From Dehalococcoidia bacterium (GTDB lineage: Bacteria > Chloroflexota > Dehalococcoidia > Plut-88900), in assembly GCA_965207225.1 (NCBI GenBank), contig CBDBLV010000002.1, positions 96,001 through 160,000 of the forward strand: DNA of 64,000 nt, given 5' to 3'. A program made the position numbers and the translations under genes. The notes beneath the pieces were generated by a model. The model was not told the DNA's origin, ran no database searches, and saw only the letters and a list, made by a program, of their open reading frames with translations. Position 1 is the first letter of the stretch. Every line of letters starts with the position of its first letter. Below, one piece after another: positions 45,481-54,904 of this stretch.

Positions 45481-48050
45481 ACATCGCCATTCCTGAGCTG
45501 TGTCTCGTCGCGCTCATCGGCCCCACCGGTTCGGGGAAGTCCCACTTTGCCTCCCGGCACTTCAAGCCCACCGAAGTCGTGTCGTCGGACGATTGCCGGG
45601 CGATGGTGGCCGACGACGCCAACGACCAGTCGGCCACCCCCGACGCCTTTGCGCTGCTCAACTTCATCGCGGCGACACGTTTGAGATCCGGCCGTCTCAC
45701 TGTCATTGACGCCACCAGCGTCCAGCCGGAGGCGCGGAAGTCCCTCGTGGAACTGGCCAGGGAGCATGACTGCCTGCCGGCGGCCATCGTCCTGAACATG
45801 CCCGAGGCCCTATGCCTGGCCCGCAACAGAGAGCGCCCCGACCGCCAATTTGGGGGTCGCGTGGTGCGCCAGCAGGCCCAGCAGCTCAGGCGGTCGCTTC
45901 GCCGTCTGAAGCGCGAGGGCTTCCGGCATGTGTTCGTGCTCAACTCTCCCGAAGAGGTTGACTCCGCAACCGTTCAGCGGACGCCCATGTGGGTCAACCT
46001 GCGCCACGAGCGCGGCCCGTTCGACATCATCGGCGATGTCCACGGATGTTTCGATGAGCTCCTCGCCCTCCTGGAACGCTTAGGCTATGAGGTTGAGACC
46101 CGCACCGAGTCCGACGGCGGTATCGGATATTCAGCAACCCATCCTCAGGGACGAAGGGCCGTGTTCGTCGGCGACCTCGTGGACCGGGGCCCCGGCGTCG
46201 TCAGGGTGCTCAAGCTCGTGATGTCGATGGTGGCCCAGGGTACGGCCCTCTGCGTGGCCGGCAACCACGAGTCCAAGCTCGCCCGCAAGCTACAGGGCAG
46301 GAACGTTCAGGTGACCCACGGACTGGCGGAGTCGCTGGCGCAACTGGACATGGAGTCCGAAGTGTTCCGACAACAGGCTCTTGCCTTCCTGGATGGGCTC
46401 ATCAGCCACTACGTGCTCGACGACGGGGACCTGGCGGTGGCCCACGCGGGCATCAAGTCGGAGTACCAGGGACGCGCCTCGGCACGTGTCCGGGACTTCT
46501 GCCTGTACGGAGAGACCACCGGGGAGAAGGACGAATTCGGACTCCCGATACGCGCCAACTGGGCGGCCGAGTATCGGGGGAAGGCCACGGTTGTCTACGG
46601 CCATACCGCCGTTGTGGAACCAGAGTGGCTCAACCGCACCATCAACATCGATACCGGCTGCGTGTTCGGCGGAAAGCTGACCGCGCTCCGGTATCCCGAG
46701 AAGGAGCTCGTGTCGGTTCCGGCGGCGCAAGTCTACTACGAGCCGGTCAGACCACTGGCCCAATCCGTACCGCCGGAGGAGGCCACTAGGTCAACTGTGA
46801 ACCGCTCGGCGAACCTTCTCGACATCGATGACGTGATCGGCAAGCGTGTCGTCTCGACCCGGCTGCGAGGGAATGTCACGGTGCGGGAGGAGAACGCTGC
46901 TGCGGCGCTTGAGGTGATGAGCCGGTTCGCCCTGGACCCGCGCTGGCTCGTCTACCTTCCGCCCACGATTTCCCCTTCCGAGACCTCCATACTCCCCGGC
47001 CTGCTGGAGCATCCAGCCGAGGCATTCACCTACTACCGGAATGCTGGCGTGTCCGAGGTGGTCTGCGAGGAGAAGCACATGGGTTCACGGGCCGTCGTCG
47101 TGGTTGGGCGGGACGTCTCTGCCATAGAGCGGCGCTTCGGCATCAACGGCGAGGGCGTCGGCGCCTGCTACACGCGGACGGGGCGGAGGTTCTTCGGAGA
47201 CCGCGCCCTGGAGTCGGCGTTCATGGAACGCGTTCGCAGGGGTATTTCGGAGGCTGGCCTGTGGGACGAGCTGGAGACGGACTGGGTGGTGCTGGACAGC
47301 GAAATCATGCCGTGGTCCCTCAAGGCGCATGAGCTGCTCAGCGACCAGTATGCCGCGGTCGGCGCGGCTGCTCGGACCAGCCTGACGGCCGCCGAATCCC
47401 TCCTCCGGCAGACGGCTTCTCGCGGTATTGCGGTGGCCGACGCCGTGGCCGGAGTTGAAGACAGGCTCGACCTGGTCCAGCTCTACGGCGACGCCTACGC
47501 CCGGTACTGCTGGCCGGTCGAATCGCTCGCCGATATCCAGTTCGCGCCATTCCACCTTCTCGCCAGCGAAGGACGAATGCACACCGACAAGGACCACCTT
47601 TGGCACATGAAGATGGCCACGCGCCTGCATGAGGCTGATCCGGCGTTTTTCCGGGACACCCGGCACAAGGTTGTACGACTGGACCAGTCGGATGAGTCTG
47701 AGGCCACCGGCTGGTGGGAGGAGATGACGAGTACAGGCGGCGAGGGTATGGTCGTCAAGCCGTTGGACTTTGTGTCGAGAGGCAAGCGCGGCCTGGTGCA
47801 GCCCGCCGTCAAGTGCAGGGGCACCGAATACCTGCGCATCATCTACGGACCCGAGTACACGCTGCCGAAGAACCTGGAGCGTCTGCGGAACCGGAACATC
47901 TCCGCAAAAAGGTCTCTGGCCCTTCGCGAGTTCGCGCTTGGCGTTGAGGGTCTCCAGCGGTTCGTCGAACGAGAGCCCCTCTACCGGGTGCATGAGTGCG
48001 CCTTCGGCGTGCTCGCCCTTGAGAGCGAGCCGGTCGATCCGAGGCTATGA
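45477..48050 (+). CDS. pnkp: Polynucleotide kinase-phosphatase-ligase Pnkp
   Basis: GPTGSGKS kinase; GDVHG, GDLVDRG, GNHE phosphatase; EEKHMGSR, GEGMVVKP ligase. Confidence 0.96.
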   Translation: MNIAIPELCLVALIGPTGSGKSHFASRHFKPTEVVSSDDCRAMVADDANDQSATPDAFALLNFIAATRLRSGRLTVIDATSVQPEARKSLVELAREHDCLPAAIVLNMPEALCLARNRERPDRQFGGRVVRQQAQQLRRSLRRLKREGFRHVFVLNSPEEVDSATVQRTPMWVNLRHERGPFDIIGDVHGCFDELLALLERLGYEVETRTESDGGIGYSATHPQGRRAVFVGDLVDRGPGVVRVLKLVMSMVAQGTALCVAGNHESKLARKLQGRNVQVTHGLAESLAQLDMESEVFRQQALAFLDGLISHYVLDDGDLAVAHAGIKSEYQGRASARVRDFCLYGETTGEKDEFGLPIRANWAAEYRGKATVVYGHTAVVEPEWLNRTINIDTGCVFGGKLTALRYPEKELVSVPAAQVYYEPVRPLAQSVPPEEATRSTVNRSANLLDIDDVIGKRVVSTRLRGNVTVREENAAAALEVMSRFALDPRWLVYLPPTISPSETSILPGLLEHPAEAFTYYRNAGVSEVVCEEKHMGSRAVVVVGRDVSAIERRFGINGEGVGACYTRTGRRFFGDRALESAFMERVRRGISEAGLWDELETDWVVLDSEIMPWSLKAHELLSDQYAAVGAAARTSLTAAESLLRQTASRGIAVADAVAGVEDRLDLVQLYGDAYARYCWPVESLADIQFAPFHLLASEGRMHTDKDHLWHMKMATRLHEADPAFFRDTRHKVVRLDQSDESEATGWWEEMTSTGGEGMVVKPLDFVSRGKRGLVQPAVKCRGTEYLRIIYGPEYTLPKNLERLRNRNISAKRSLALREFALGVEGLQRFVEREPLYRVHECAFGVLALESEPVDPRL

Positions 48051-48298
48051 ACGCGCACCTACCAGCGCCAAGTCGAAATGATGTGGAGATTGCATAACCT
48101 TCGGCGTTGTATTGGACATCATCGATGGCGAGCCAATACTGCGGGACTGGAGGGTCATCAGGGAGTCCTTCTGGCGCAGCCGAGTCGGGCGGTTCCCGGA
48201 GAGAACAGGCACAGGGAACTTCGTCGGTCAGCAGGAGCATCGTGAACACACATGGACAGAGGTATTGACTAGTGGACCTACAGGTTGAGAGGCAAGCG

Positions 48299-48946
48299 AT
48301 GACGACGCTCTTCATTCTATTATTCGCAACGTTGACGCCCGCCGCCGTACTACTGGGTGCAGGATCGTGGATGGTCAAGAGGCTACGGGGAGACGTGGGC
48401 CGTGCGCTGGGCGTCATATGCATTGTCCTTGGCCTACTGCTGGTGATAGTGGCCGTCCTACTTGTTTTTCTGGTTCAGACTTCTATCGAAGAAGGGTCGG
48501 GAGTCACTGAGCCTAACCTTCAAGCTTCCCAGACCGAGAGACATCCAACACCGCCGCTTCCTCAAGCGTTCCTTGAATACGATGGTCGCCAGCATCGCGG
48601 ATGGAGGGGGTCCTACTGCTGGCCGGTAGGCGGAAGCAGCATTGTTTGCTCAGACAGCGTGGGGTGGGAGGGCTTTGACAAGGCATCTTCTGTAGTGGTG
48701 GAGCGGGGAAGCGGGTTCAAGATCGTCACTTCAGAGAGCACTCTCCCTGAGCAGGTACGCGTTGAGGTATTCACTGCCCTGGGAACAGAACCGAACATGA
48801 TGCCGAGAGGAGAGCCAGTCTACTTGACTGACGTGCGGGAGGTGCCCGCGCTTGATCTACCGGCAGGTGTTTACTTTGTCAGCGCATTCTTTGGATTCCA
48901 TTTTGGAGACGTTGCCCACGGTTTCAGAGTGGAGATCGTTGAGTAG
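48299..48946 (+). CDS. Membrane-anchored hypothetical protein (GSYCW motif)
   Basis: Two N-terminal TMs followed by a beta-rich domain. Confidence 0.6.
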   Translation: MTTLFILLFATLTPAAVLLGAGSWMVKRLRGDVGRALGVICIVLGLLLVIVAVLLVFLVQTSIEEGSGVTEPNLQASQTERHPTPPLPQAFLEYDGRQHRGWRGSYCWPVGGSSIVCSDSVGWEGFDKASSVVVERGSGFKIVTSESTLPEQVRVEVFTALGTEPNMMPRGEPVYLTDVREVPALDLPAGVYFVSAFFGFHFGDVAHGFRVEIVE

Positions 48947-50291
48947 GTACAGTTCCAATTCGCCGGGAGGGGGCACTCCTTTGGAATCCTGCCAAGGATC
49001 CACAACATACGATGCTGGAGGTTCTCCGGGAGGGACTCGGGCCTCAATACCGTCCTCTCGTACGGAAGAACCGGACTGGAACGCGGGACGCGGAACCAGA
49101 GCGGCATTGGTGGGTGCCGTCATGGGCCTCGTCCCTGCGATGGTACTCGGCTCTCTTCGGTTCCTGCTGGCTGAGGGACCGGAGCGCACAGAAGAGCTTG
49201 TGGGCAACATCGCCATCGCCCTTGTCTACACCTCCCCCTATGTGCTTACTCTCATAGTGTCTAGGGAGAAATCGCCGGCGCTTCGTGGCGGCCTTCTGTC
49301 AGCGCTCGGCCTGTTGTCATTCGTAGCGAGCTTCTCGGCAATGTCGCTGATCTCCTTAGTCCTACTACCGGCGACCTTCGTGATCTGGTTCGCCGCAGTT
49401 AGAAGCCTTACTGCTTCGGTTCGTCCAATGGTAATGACCTTCCTCGGAACTCTGGCAGGGCTTCTCGTCGCCGTGACGGTCGGCTTTAGTTTCTTCGCCC
49501 AGTTCGGAATCCAGGACGACGAGGACCGATGTTGGGTCCTGTCTCACGACTCCGATGGACAGTCACGCTGGGAGTCTCGGCCAAATGTCGGGGGGCCTGG
49601 GGGCCTCAGTGCCGGACCCCTGAGCGGCGGCCCCGCGATGGTGACCTACGACGGTGGTGTAACGTGGCAGAGAGTTGGCCCCTTGGTAAGCTCCCGAGGC
49701 CACTGTACCAGCGACATCATCTCCAACACCGAAGCCTTCATGAGCATGGGGATCCTGGCGGTTGCATTCCTTGGCACGGTTTTGATACTGAGGATTGGAC
49801 GCGATTCGCGCCGTTTGATCCTGCCTAACTGGCAACTGCCTAGGTGCATTGTCAGGTGTGTGATGCTCGGGGTAAGACGTACCAGCAAGAGTCTAACAAG
49901 GGTCGTCCTGGGACTGGGACGGTGGCAGTACCTCGTAGGCACCCTTGCGGTAGGCTTGCTAGCTTTTGCCATTATGGAAATTAACACTGCCTACCTACGG
50001 GACTTTCTGTCCGTGAGTATATACGGGACGAGGCCTCACAGGATACCGTGCGACGATTGGCCCACGCGTGACGAGGTAGAGCAGACCCTCAAACAACATA
50101 CCGGAGTGATTCGCAGGATAGAGTTTATCGGGTCTGGAAGTGTCGATCTTTCAATCAATACTTGGAGTTGCCCTGGCAAAGCAGAACTCTATATCTACTA
50201 CCCGGCAAAGCGTCACATCAAGACGATAAGGACGATAATCGGAAATGAGAAGTATTTCTTCGGCGTCCCATACACCTTGAGGAATTACTGA
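48852..50291 (+). CDS. Polytopic membrane protein with Cys-containing C-domain; start uncertain
   Basis: Long ORF with many TMs. Confidence 0.6.
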   Translation: MIYRQVFTLSAHSLDSILETLPTVSEWRSLSRYSSNSPGGGTPLESCQGSTTYDAGGSPGGTRASIPSSRTEEPDWNAGRGTRAALVGAVMGLVPAMVLGSLRFLLAEGPERTEELVGNIAIALVYTSPYVLTLIVSREKSPALRGGLLSALGLLSFVASFSAMSLISLVLLPATFVIWFAAVRSLTASVRPMVMTFLGTLAGLLVAVTVGFSFFAQFGIQDDEDRCWVLSHDSDGQSRWESRPNVGGPGGLSAGPLSGGPAMVTYDGGVTWQRVGPLVSSRGHCTSDIISNTEAFMSMGILAVAFLGTVLILRIGRDSRRLILPNWQLPRCIVRCVMLGVRRTSKSLTRVVLGLGRWQYLVGTLAVGLLAFAIMEINTAYLRDFLSVSIYGTRPHRIPCDDWPTRDEVEQTLKQHTGVIRRIEFIGSGSVDLSINTWSCPGKAELYIYYPAKRHIKTIRTIIGNEKYFFGVPYTLRNY

Positions 50292-50314
50292 GCATAGACG
50301 AGCCGTGACGCTAG

Positions 50315-50341
50315 CTGGTTGTTTGATTATCGCAACTGTAT
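50315..50341 (+). repeat. 27-bp direct repeat, copy 2
   Basis: Identical to 43994-44020. Confidence 0.9.
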
Positions 50342-50467
50342 GATATGATTGCAACAAATGGCATGGACGGTGACGACGCTTCGCCTCGTCCGTCAGCAAG
50401 AGTTACGCACGCAGAGACAAGAGCGAGACGCTAAAGACACGACAACACTGAAATAAGGAGGTTGATT

Positions 50468-50788
50468 ATGGCCAAGTACCTGTATCAGGCAAACTACACA
50501 CCGACGGGAATGCAGGGCCTGCTGCGGGAAGGCGGCAGTTCGCGACGTAAGGTCTTCGAAGACATGGGCAGGGAGCAAGGCGGACAACTGGAGGCGTTCT
50601 ACTACGCCTTCGGTGGCGCGGACCTGTACATCATCTTTGACCTGCCCGATGCGGCGACGGCAGCCGCGATCTCCCTTGCCATCACGGCGGGAGGCGCACT
50701 CAGCATCAGTACGGTGCAGCTGCTCACTCCAGAGGAGATCGACGAAGCCACGCAGAAAACGGTGAACTATCGTCCTCCGGGAGCCTGA
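50468..50788 (+). CDS. GYD domain protein
   Basis: KYL..ANYT..G..GLL.EGGS.R..GG.LEAFYYAFG..D; TAAGGAGG RBS. Confidence 0.88.
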   Translation: MAKYLYQANYTPTGMQGLLREGGSSRRKVFEDMGREQGGQLEAFYYAFGGADLYIIFDLPDAATAAAISLAITAGGALSISTVQLLTPEEIDEATQKTVNYRPPGA

Positions 50789-50895
50789 CTTCCAACTGAG
50801 ACGTAAAATGGGTGGCGGCTAAGTTCTCTCGGAAGGGTGAACGCTGGTTTGAGGAGGAGCGAGAACGATCCTATTGCCACCCGTGGAGGCAGAGC

Positions 50896-52326
50896 ATGTC
50901 GAAGCTGATGGTCCTTGCCGCCTTAGTGTCGCTGTTAGCAATCCTGGCTTGCTCAGACGACGGCCAAACTCCGGCCCCGCAGCCTACGGCCGAGCCAACG
51001 GCCACCCGTGCGCCGGAGGCCACCGCCACTCCGACACCGACAGCCACTCCTCAGCCTACGGCGACGGCGACACCCCAAACGGACAGCTCGGAGGCCAGCC
51101 GGAGTCTTGCCCCGCTGGATTTGGAAGACCCACAGGCGTTCCTGTCGGCTCTATCTGCACAGGAGCAGTCCTGCCTTGCTGACGGCAATCTCGGCATCGC
51201 CCAGATCATGACGGCAATGACTTCGACCGATGGAGCCGCGGAGGGGGACGCCATCCTAGACTGTCTGGAGGATGAGACAGTATTGCGCATGTTCCTGAGC
51301 GAGCCGCTGACGGCAACCGGCGAACTGAGTGATGAGACCTCCGCGTGCATTCGCGAAGGTCTCGGCGGGATGGACCTGCACCCGATGATGAAATCGCCCG
51401 GGGCGGCTGCCGGGGCGATGGATGCCCGGATAGTCGGGATGGCAGGCTTCCTGACGTTCACCGCCTGTCTGAACGATGAGGAGTGGGAAGCGGCATCCTC
51501 CGCACTGGAGTTAGGGCCTCGTGACAAATCCGGTACGGATTGCCTGCTGGCCGAACTCGGCGGACCGACAGGGGTCGCGGAAGCCCTGCTCCGCTTGGAC
51601 CAATCCGGCTTGCCGAGGGACTTCATCGGCGCGGCGGCCAAGTGTGGCGTGGGTTTTGCGGGAATGTCGGAGAACGTGCCTGACGACTCCGGCTCCGGTG
51701 GTATAGGCGGCGACACTTCCACGGAGGGTATGGGGCTGCCGCCGGACACGCTGCACCCCGTAGCTGTTGACGACCCACAAGCCTTCCTGTCTGGACTGTC
51801 GCCCAGGGAGCAGTCCTGCCTCGGCGACAAGGGCATCGGTCCCCAGGAACTCTTGCAGATGACGGGGCACTCTCCAGGCGGCTCGCCGGAGGCCGCTGTG
51901 GACATCGTCAACTGTTTGCAAGACGATACGGTACTGAGGCTGTTCCTGACCACGCTCGTCGGACAGGTTGACCCGTTCAGTCAAGAGACTTCATCGTGCA
52001 TACGGGAAGGATTCGTACCGATTGACCTGCGCGGTCTGTTGGCTCCGGCCGTTGGCGGGTTTACCCCCGAAAACTCCCTGGCGCTGGGGATGACGGCACT
52101 GAACGTCTCAGTGGTCTGCATGAACGACGATGAATGGGAGACCTACGCTCCCAGATTGGGGTTGCCGCCCGATTTCAGGGAGGGCGCTGCCTGCCTGTTC
52201 GAGGAGATGGGTGGACCGGAGAAGCTGGCGAAAGCCATGCAAGAAGCCAGCTTGGGCGAACCATCGGAAGCGTTCCTAAGGGCGGCGGAGACCTGCGGGC
52301 TGGAGGGTATGCCTCCGTCCCGATAA
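50896..52326 (+). CDS. Lipoprotein with PT linker and two Cys-rich helical repeats
   Basis: ILAC lipobox; DPQAFLS.LS..EQSCL..CL.D.TVLR.FL..ETS.CIREG occurs twice. Confidence 0.8.
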   Translation: MSKLMVLAALVSLLAILACSDDGQTPAPQPTAEPTATRAPEATATPTPTATPQPTATATPQTDSSEASRSLAPLDLEDPQAFLSALSAQEQSCLADGNLGIAQIMTAMTSTDGAAEGDAILDCLEDETVLRMFLSEPLTATGELSDETSACIREGLGGMDLHPMMKSPGAAAGAMDARIVGMAGFLTFTACLNDEEWEAASSALELGPRDKSGTDCLLAELGGPTGVAEALLRLDQSGLPRDFIGAAAKCGVGFAGMSENVPDDSGSGGIGGDTSTEGMGLPPDTLHPVAVDDPQAFLSGLSPREQSCLGDKGIGPQELLQMTGHSPGGSPEAAVDIVNCLQDDTVLRLFLTTLVGQVDPFSQETSSCIREGFVPIDLRGLLAPAVGGFTPENSLALGMTALNVSVVCMNDDEWETYAPRLGLPPDFREGAACLFEEMGGPEKLAKAMQEASLGEPSEAFLRAAETCGLEGMPPSR

Positions 52327-52478
52327 ATTATTCCGCGCTTCATACCACAAGATGATCGTACGCTACAAATAGATGAAGGGTCACAAAGATTCCCAGGGAC
52401 GGGGTTGTTATCAGAACGCTGCTCGTACATTGGCGATATGTCGGAGTTGCAGCCGGCATCGCGCTGGGCCTGGTCCTG

Positions 52479-53102
52479 GTGGCGTTTCTCACTTTTCCGG
52501 ACCGCAATGCGCTGGTTGCCAAGGGTCCCATGAACACGGGCCACGAGGGATTGGGCTGCCAGGAATGCCACTCAGCCGTGGCGGGCACCGCCGCGCAACA
52601 ACTGAGCTCCAACGTCTACCACTGGCTGGGCCTGCGGGAGTCCACCATAGGCTTTGGCTCCGAGGATGTCGGTAACGCGGCCTGTCTGGACTGCCACGAG
52701 AGGCCGGATGACCGACACCCCGTATCCCGCTTTGTGGAACCGCGCTTCTCCGATGCGCGGGAGCACATTGCGGCCCACACGTGCGTCACCTGCCACACCG
52801 AGCACCAGGGAGTGCGGGTGACGCAGCCCACCATCGGTTTCTGCACCCACTGCCACCAGGACACCTCGTTGGAAGACGACCCCATCACCCCCACGCATGT
52901 AGAGCTGGTGCGCAGGGGGTCGTGGAACACCTGCCTCCAGTGCCACGACTTCCACGGCAACCACGTCAGGGACACGCCGCTGCGCCTTGAAGAAGGGGTG
53001 CCGGAGGCGCTCATCCTGGAATACTTCCTGGGAGGGCCATCGCCCTACGGCGACGAGAAGCGCGTCGAGCCGTCCTCGACCGGGGAAGGCGGCGACCCAT
53101 GA
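52479..53102 (+). CDS. Pentaheme c-type cytochrome (true start probably upstream)
   Basis: CQECH, CLDCH, CVTCH, CTHCH, CLQCH. Confidence 0.88.
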   Translation: MAFLTFPDRNALVAKGPMNTGHEGLGCQECHSAVAGTAAQQLSSNVYHWLGLRESTIGFGSEDVGNAACLDCHERPDDRHPVSRFVEPRFSDAREHIAAHTCVTCHTEHQGVRVTQPTIGFCTHCHQDTSLEDDPITPTHVELVRRGSWNTCLQCHDFHGNHVRDTPLRLEEGVPEALILEYFLGGPSPYGDEKRVEPSSTGEGGDP

Positions 53103-53920
53103 AGTTCGTCGCCGTGGTCGTGGCGGTAGCCATCGTGCTCGTGGCGCTCATCGTCGCGAATGCGCCGCCGCCGGACGACGCACTCACCGATGGCGGCCCG
53201 CCCGTGCCCATTGAAGCTGTTTTCGCAGTGCTGGAAGCCGAGAACGACGCGGTGCGCCAGGTGTGGGCCAGGGACATTGTGGGAGCGGGCCAAGCGCAGG
53301 GGATTCGATTTGACGAGGACTGGCATGACGAGAGGCTGGACGCCGGGCCGCTTCCGGCGCTCTTCCTGCGGGAGACTGCCGAGGGTCTCCGGCGTAGTCC
53401 GGTTCCCCTGTATCTATTCCTCGGCTCGGACTTCCCGATCAATGACGCCAACAAGTTCACCGGCTTGCAGACAGAGCACTTTCAAGTCATCAGGCGCACC
53501 GGCGAGCCGCAGTTCTTCTTGGACCCGGATATCGGCTTTCAGACCGCCATGTTCTCGGACATCGCCTCGGCGGAGGCGTGCGTGGTCTGCCACAACAGCG
53601 ACCCGAACTCGCCCAAGACCGACTGGCAGGTGGGCGACGTCATGGGTGCGACCACCTGGTCATACCCGGAGGACGAGATAAGCATGGCCGAGGCCATGGA
53701 ACTGATAGGAGCTCTGCGCCGGAGCGTCCGTGAAGCCTATGTGCATTACCTGGATAAGGTTGCCATCTTTGCCGACCCTCCCCCCGTGGGAGACCTGTGG
53801 CCCGCAGACGGCTATTTCCTGCCATCGGCCGATGTCTTCATGGCGGAGGTGGAGGAGAGGACATCGGCCCAGACCCTTCGCTTGCTGCTGGAGGCGCAAG
53901 ACATGGGGGAGGCGCGATGA
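53099..53920 (+). CDS. Tll0287/DUF3365-like monoheme protein
   Basis: PLPA.FLRE, SDFPIN.AN, ACVVCHN..W.VGDVMGA. Confidence 0.8.
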   Translation: MKFVAVVVAVAIVLVALIVANAPPPDDALTDGGPPVPIEAVFAVLEAENDAVRQVWARDIVGAGQAQGIRFDEDWHDERLDAGPLPALFLRETAEGLRRSPVPLYLFLGSDFPINDANKFTGLQTEHFQVIRRTGEPQFFLDPDIGFQTAMFSDIASAEACVVCHNSDPNSPKTDWQVGDVMGATTWSYPEDEISMAEAMELIGALRRSVREAYVHYLDKVAIFADPPPVGDLWPADGYFLPSADVFMAEVEERTSAQTLRLLLEAQDMGEAR

Positions 53921-54486
53921 CAACGGGCCAATCCGTAGGTGAATCTCCAGTGGAAGCTGCCGACAGCAACGGGAGCCGGGGAAGGCCCGTTCGTGCTGGC
54001 CGCCCATTCGCGTTGCCGGTAGCGGCGTGGCGGTGGCGGATGGTGGGTGTCCTCGGCGTGCTCCTCTACGTGGGCCAGGATGTCGCTGGGCTGCGGTGGG
54101 AGTGGCTCGCCCAGGCCCAAGACCTGGACGGGTACAAGTATGTCACCGGCGCCGGACTGCTTTCGTATGTGGGATGGCAGTGGTGGCTCTTCTACTCCCG
54201 TCTCAAGCGGCGGAATCTGCGGAGGCTGCTGCCGTGGCATCAGCGGACCGGCGCACTGGTGCCACTGCTGTTCTACGTGCACAGCGTGGAGGTGGGCTAC
54301 GGCTACCTGGCGGCGCTCAGCTGGGTGTTTCTGGGCAACATGCTTGTTGGTGCGGCGAGTCCCCTGGGCATCAGGATCAACAACCGCTACTACACCGTCT
54401 CGTGGGGAGTTGCCCACGTCTCACTGGCCGCCGTCACGGTTGTCCTGGGTCTCTTCCATGCTTACATCGCCGTGTACTACAAGTAG
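53917..54486 (+). CDS. Membrane protein with His residues in TMs (cytochrome b-like)
   Basis: WHQ, YVH, AH, FH in hydrophobic helices; ATGA overlap with the previous gene. Confidence 0.65.
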   Translation: MTTGQSVGESPVEAADSNGSRGRPVRAGRPFALPVAAWRWRMVGVLGVLLYVGQDVAGLRWEWLAQAQDLDGYKYVTGAGLLSYVGWQWWLFYSRLKRRNLRRLLPWHQRTGALVPLLFYVHSVEVGYGYLAALSWVFLGNMLVGAASPLGIRINNRYYTVSWGVAHVSLAAVTVVLGLFHAYIAVYYK

Positions 54487-54585
54487 CGATGGCAATTGGG
54501 TGTCACACTACAGGGATCGCAAGTCCTTGGTGCGCCGACAGGCTGCCAAGCGACATCTCGAATATGGCGGTATCTACCGTAAGCG

Positions 54586-54810
54586 GTGGTGGAGCTGGAC
54601 GCGCTGGAGACCTGCCGCGCCAGCGAGCAGGGTGAAGACGCCACCCCGTCACCGCCGCCCACGATAGACATCACGGCGGCCAGCGGAGCCACCGAGGGCG
54701 GGGACGCCGTCTTCACGCTGTACGGCCAACCCGGCGCCAGATGCGGCGCTGGACGTGAGCGTTGCGGTCTCGGCCTCGGGCGACTCCGCTACGGACTCTG
54801 GAATTGCGTG
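54586..54810 (+). pseudogene. Fragment of Calx-beta-like surface protein gene at element end
   Basis: PTIDITAASGATEGGDAVFTL, then frameshift to ALDVSVAVSASGD. Confidence 0.45.
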
Positions 54811-54904
54811 TAGCACCACGCCCTGCTGCCGAGGTCAGTTGGCTTCAAGTTCGGCCGCCCATGTGTACCTGATTTTTTTGTCGTTATTGGATAACCGATA
54901 TCCT

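Larger units (their letters stand above)
27263..54904. mobile_element. 27.6-kb serine-integrase element inserted in another LSR gene (CT core at 27261-27262 and 54903-54904)
   Basis: Joining the flanks restores GAGAAC-CT-CGCCCAGGAG (ENLAQE); joining the ends gives TTGGATAACCGATATC-CT-GTTACCGGTGGTTCAA, an imperfect inverted repeat (11/16). Confidence 0.9.
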
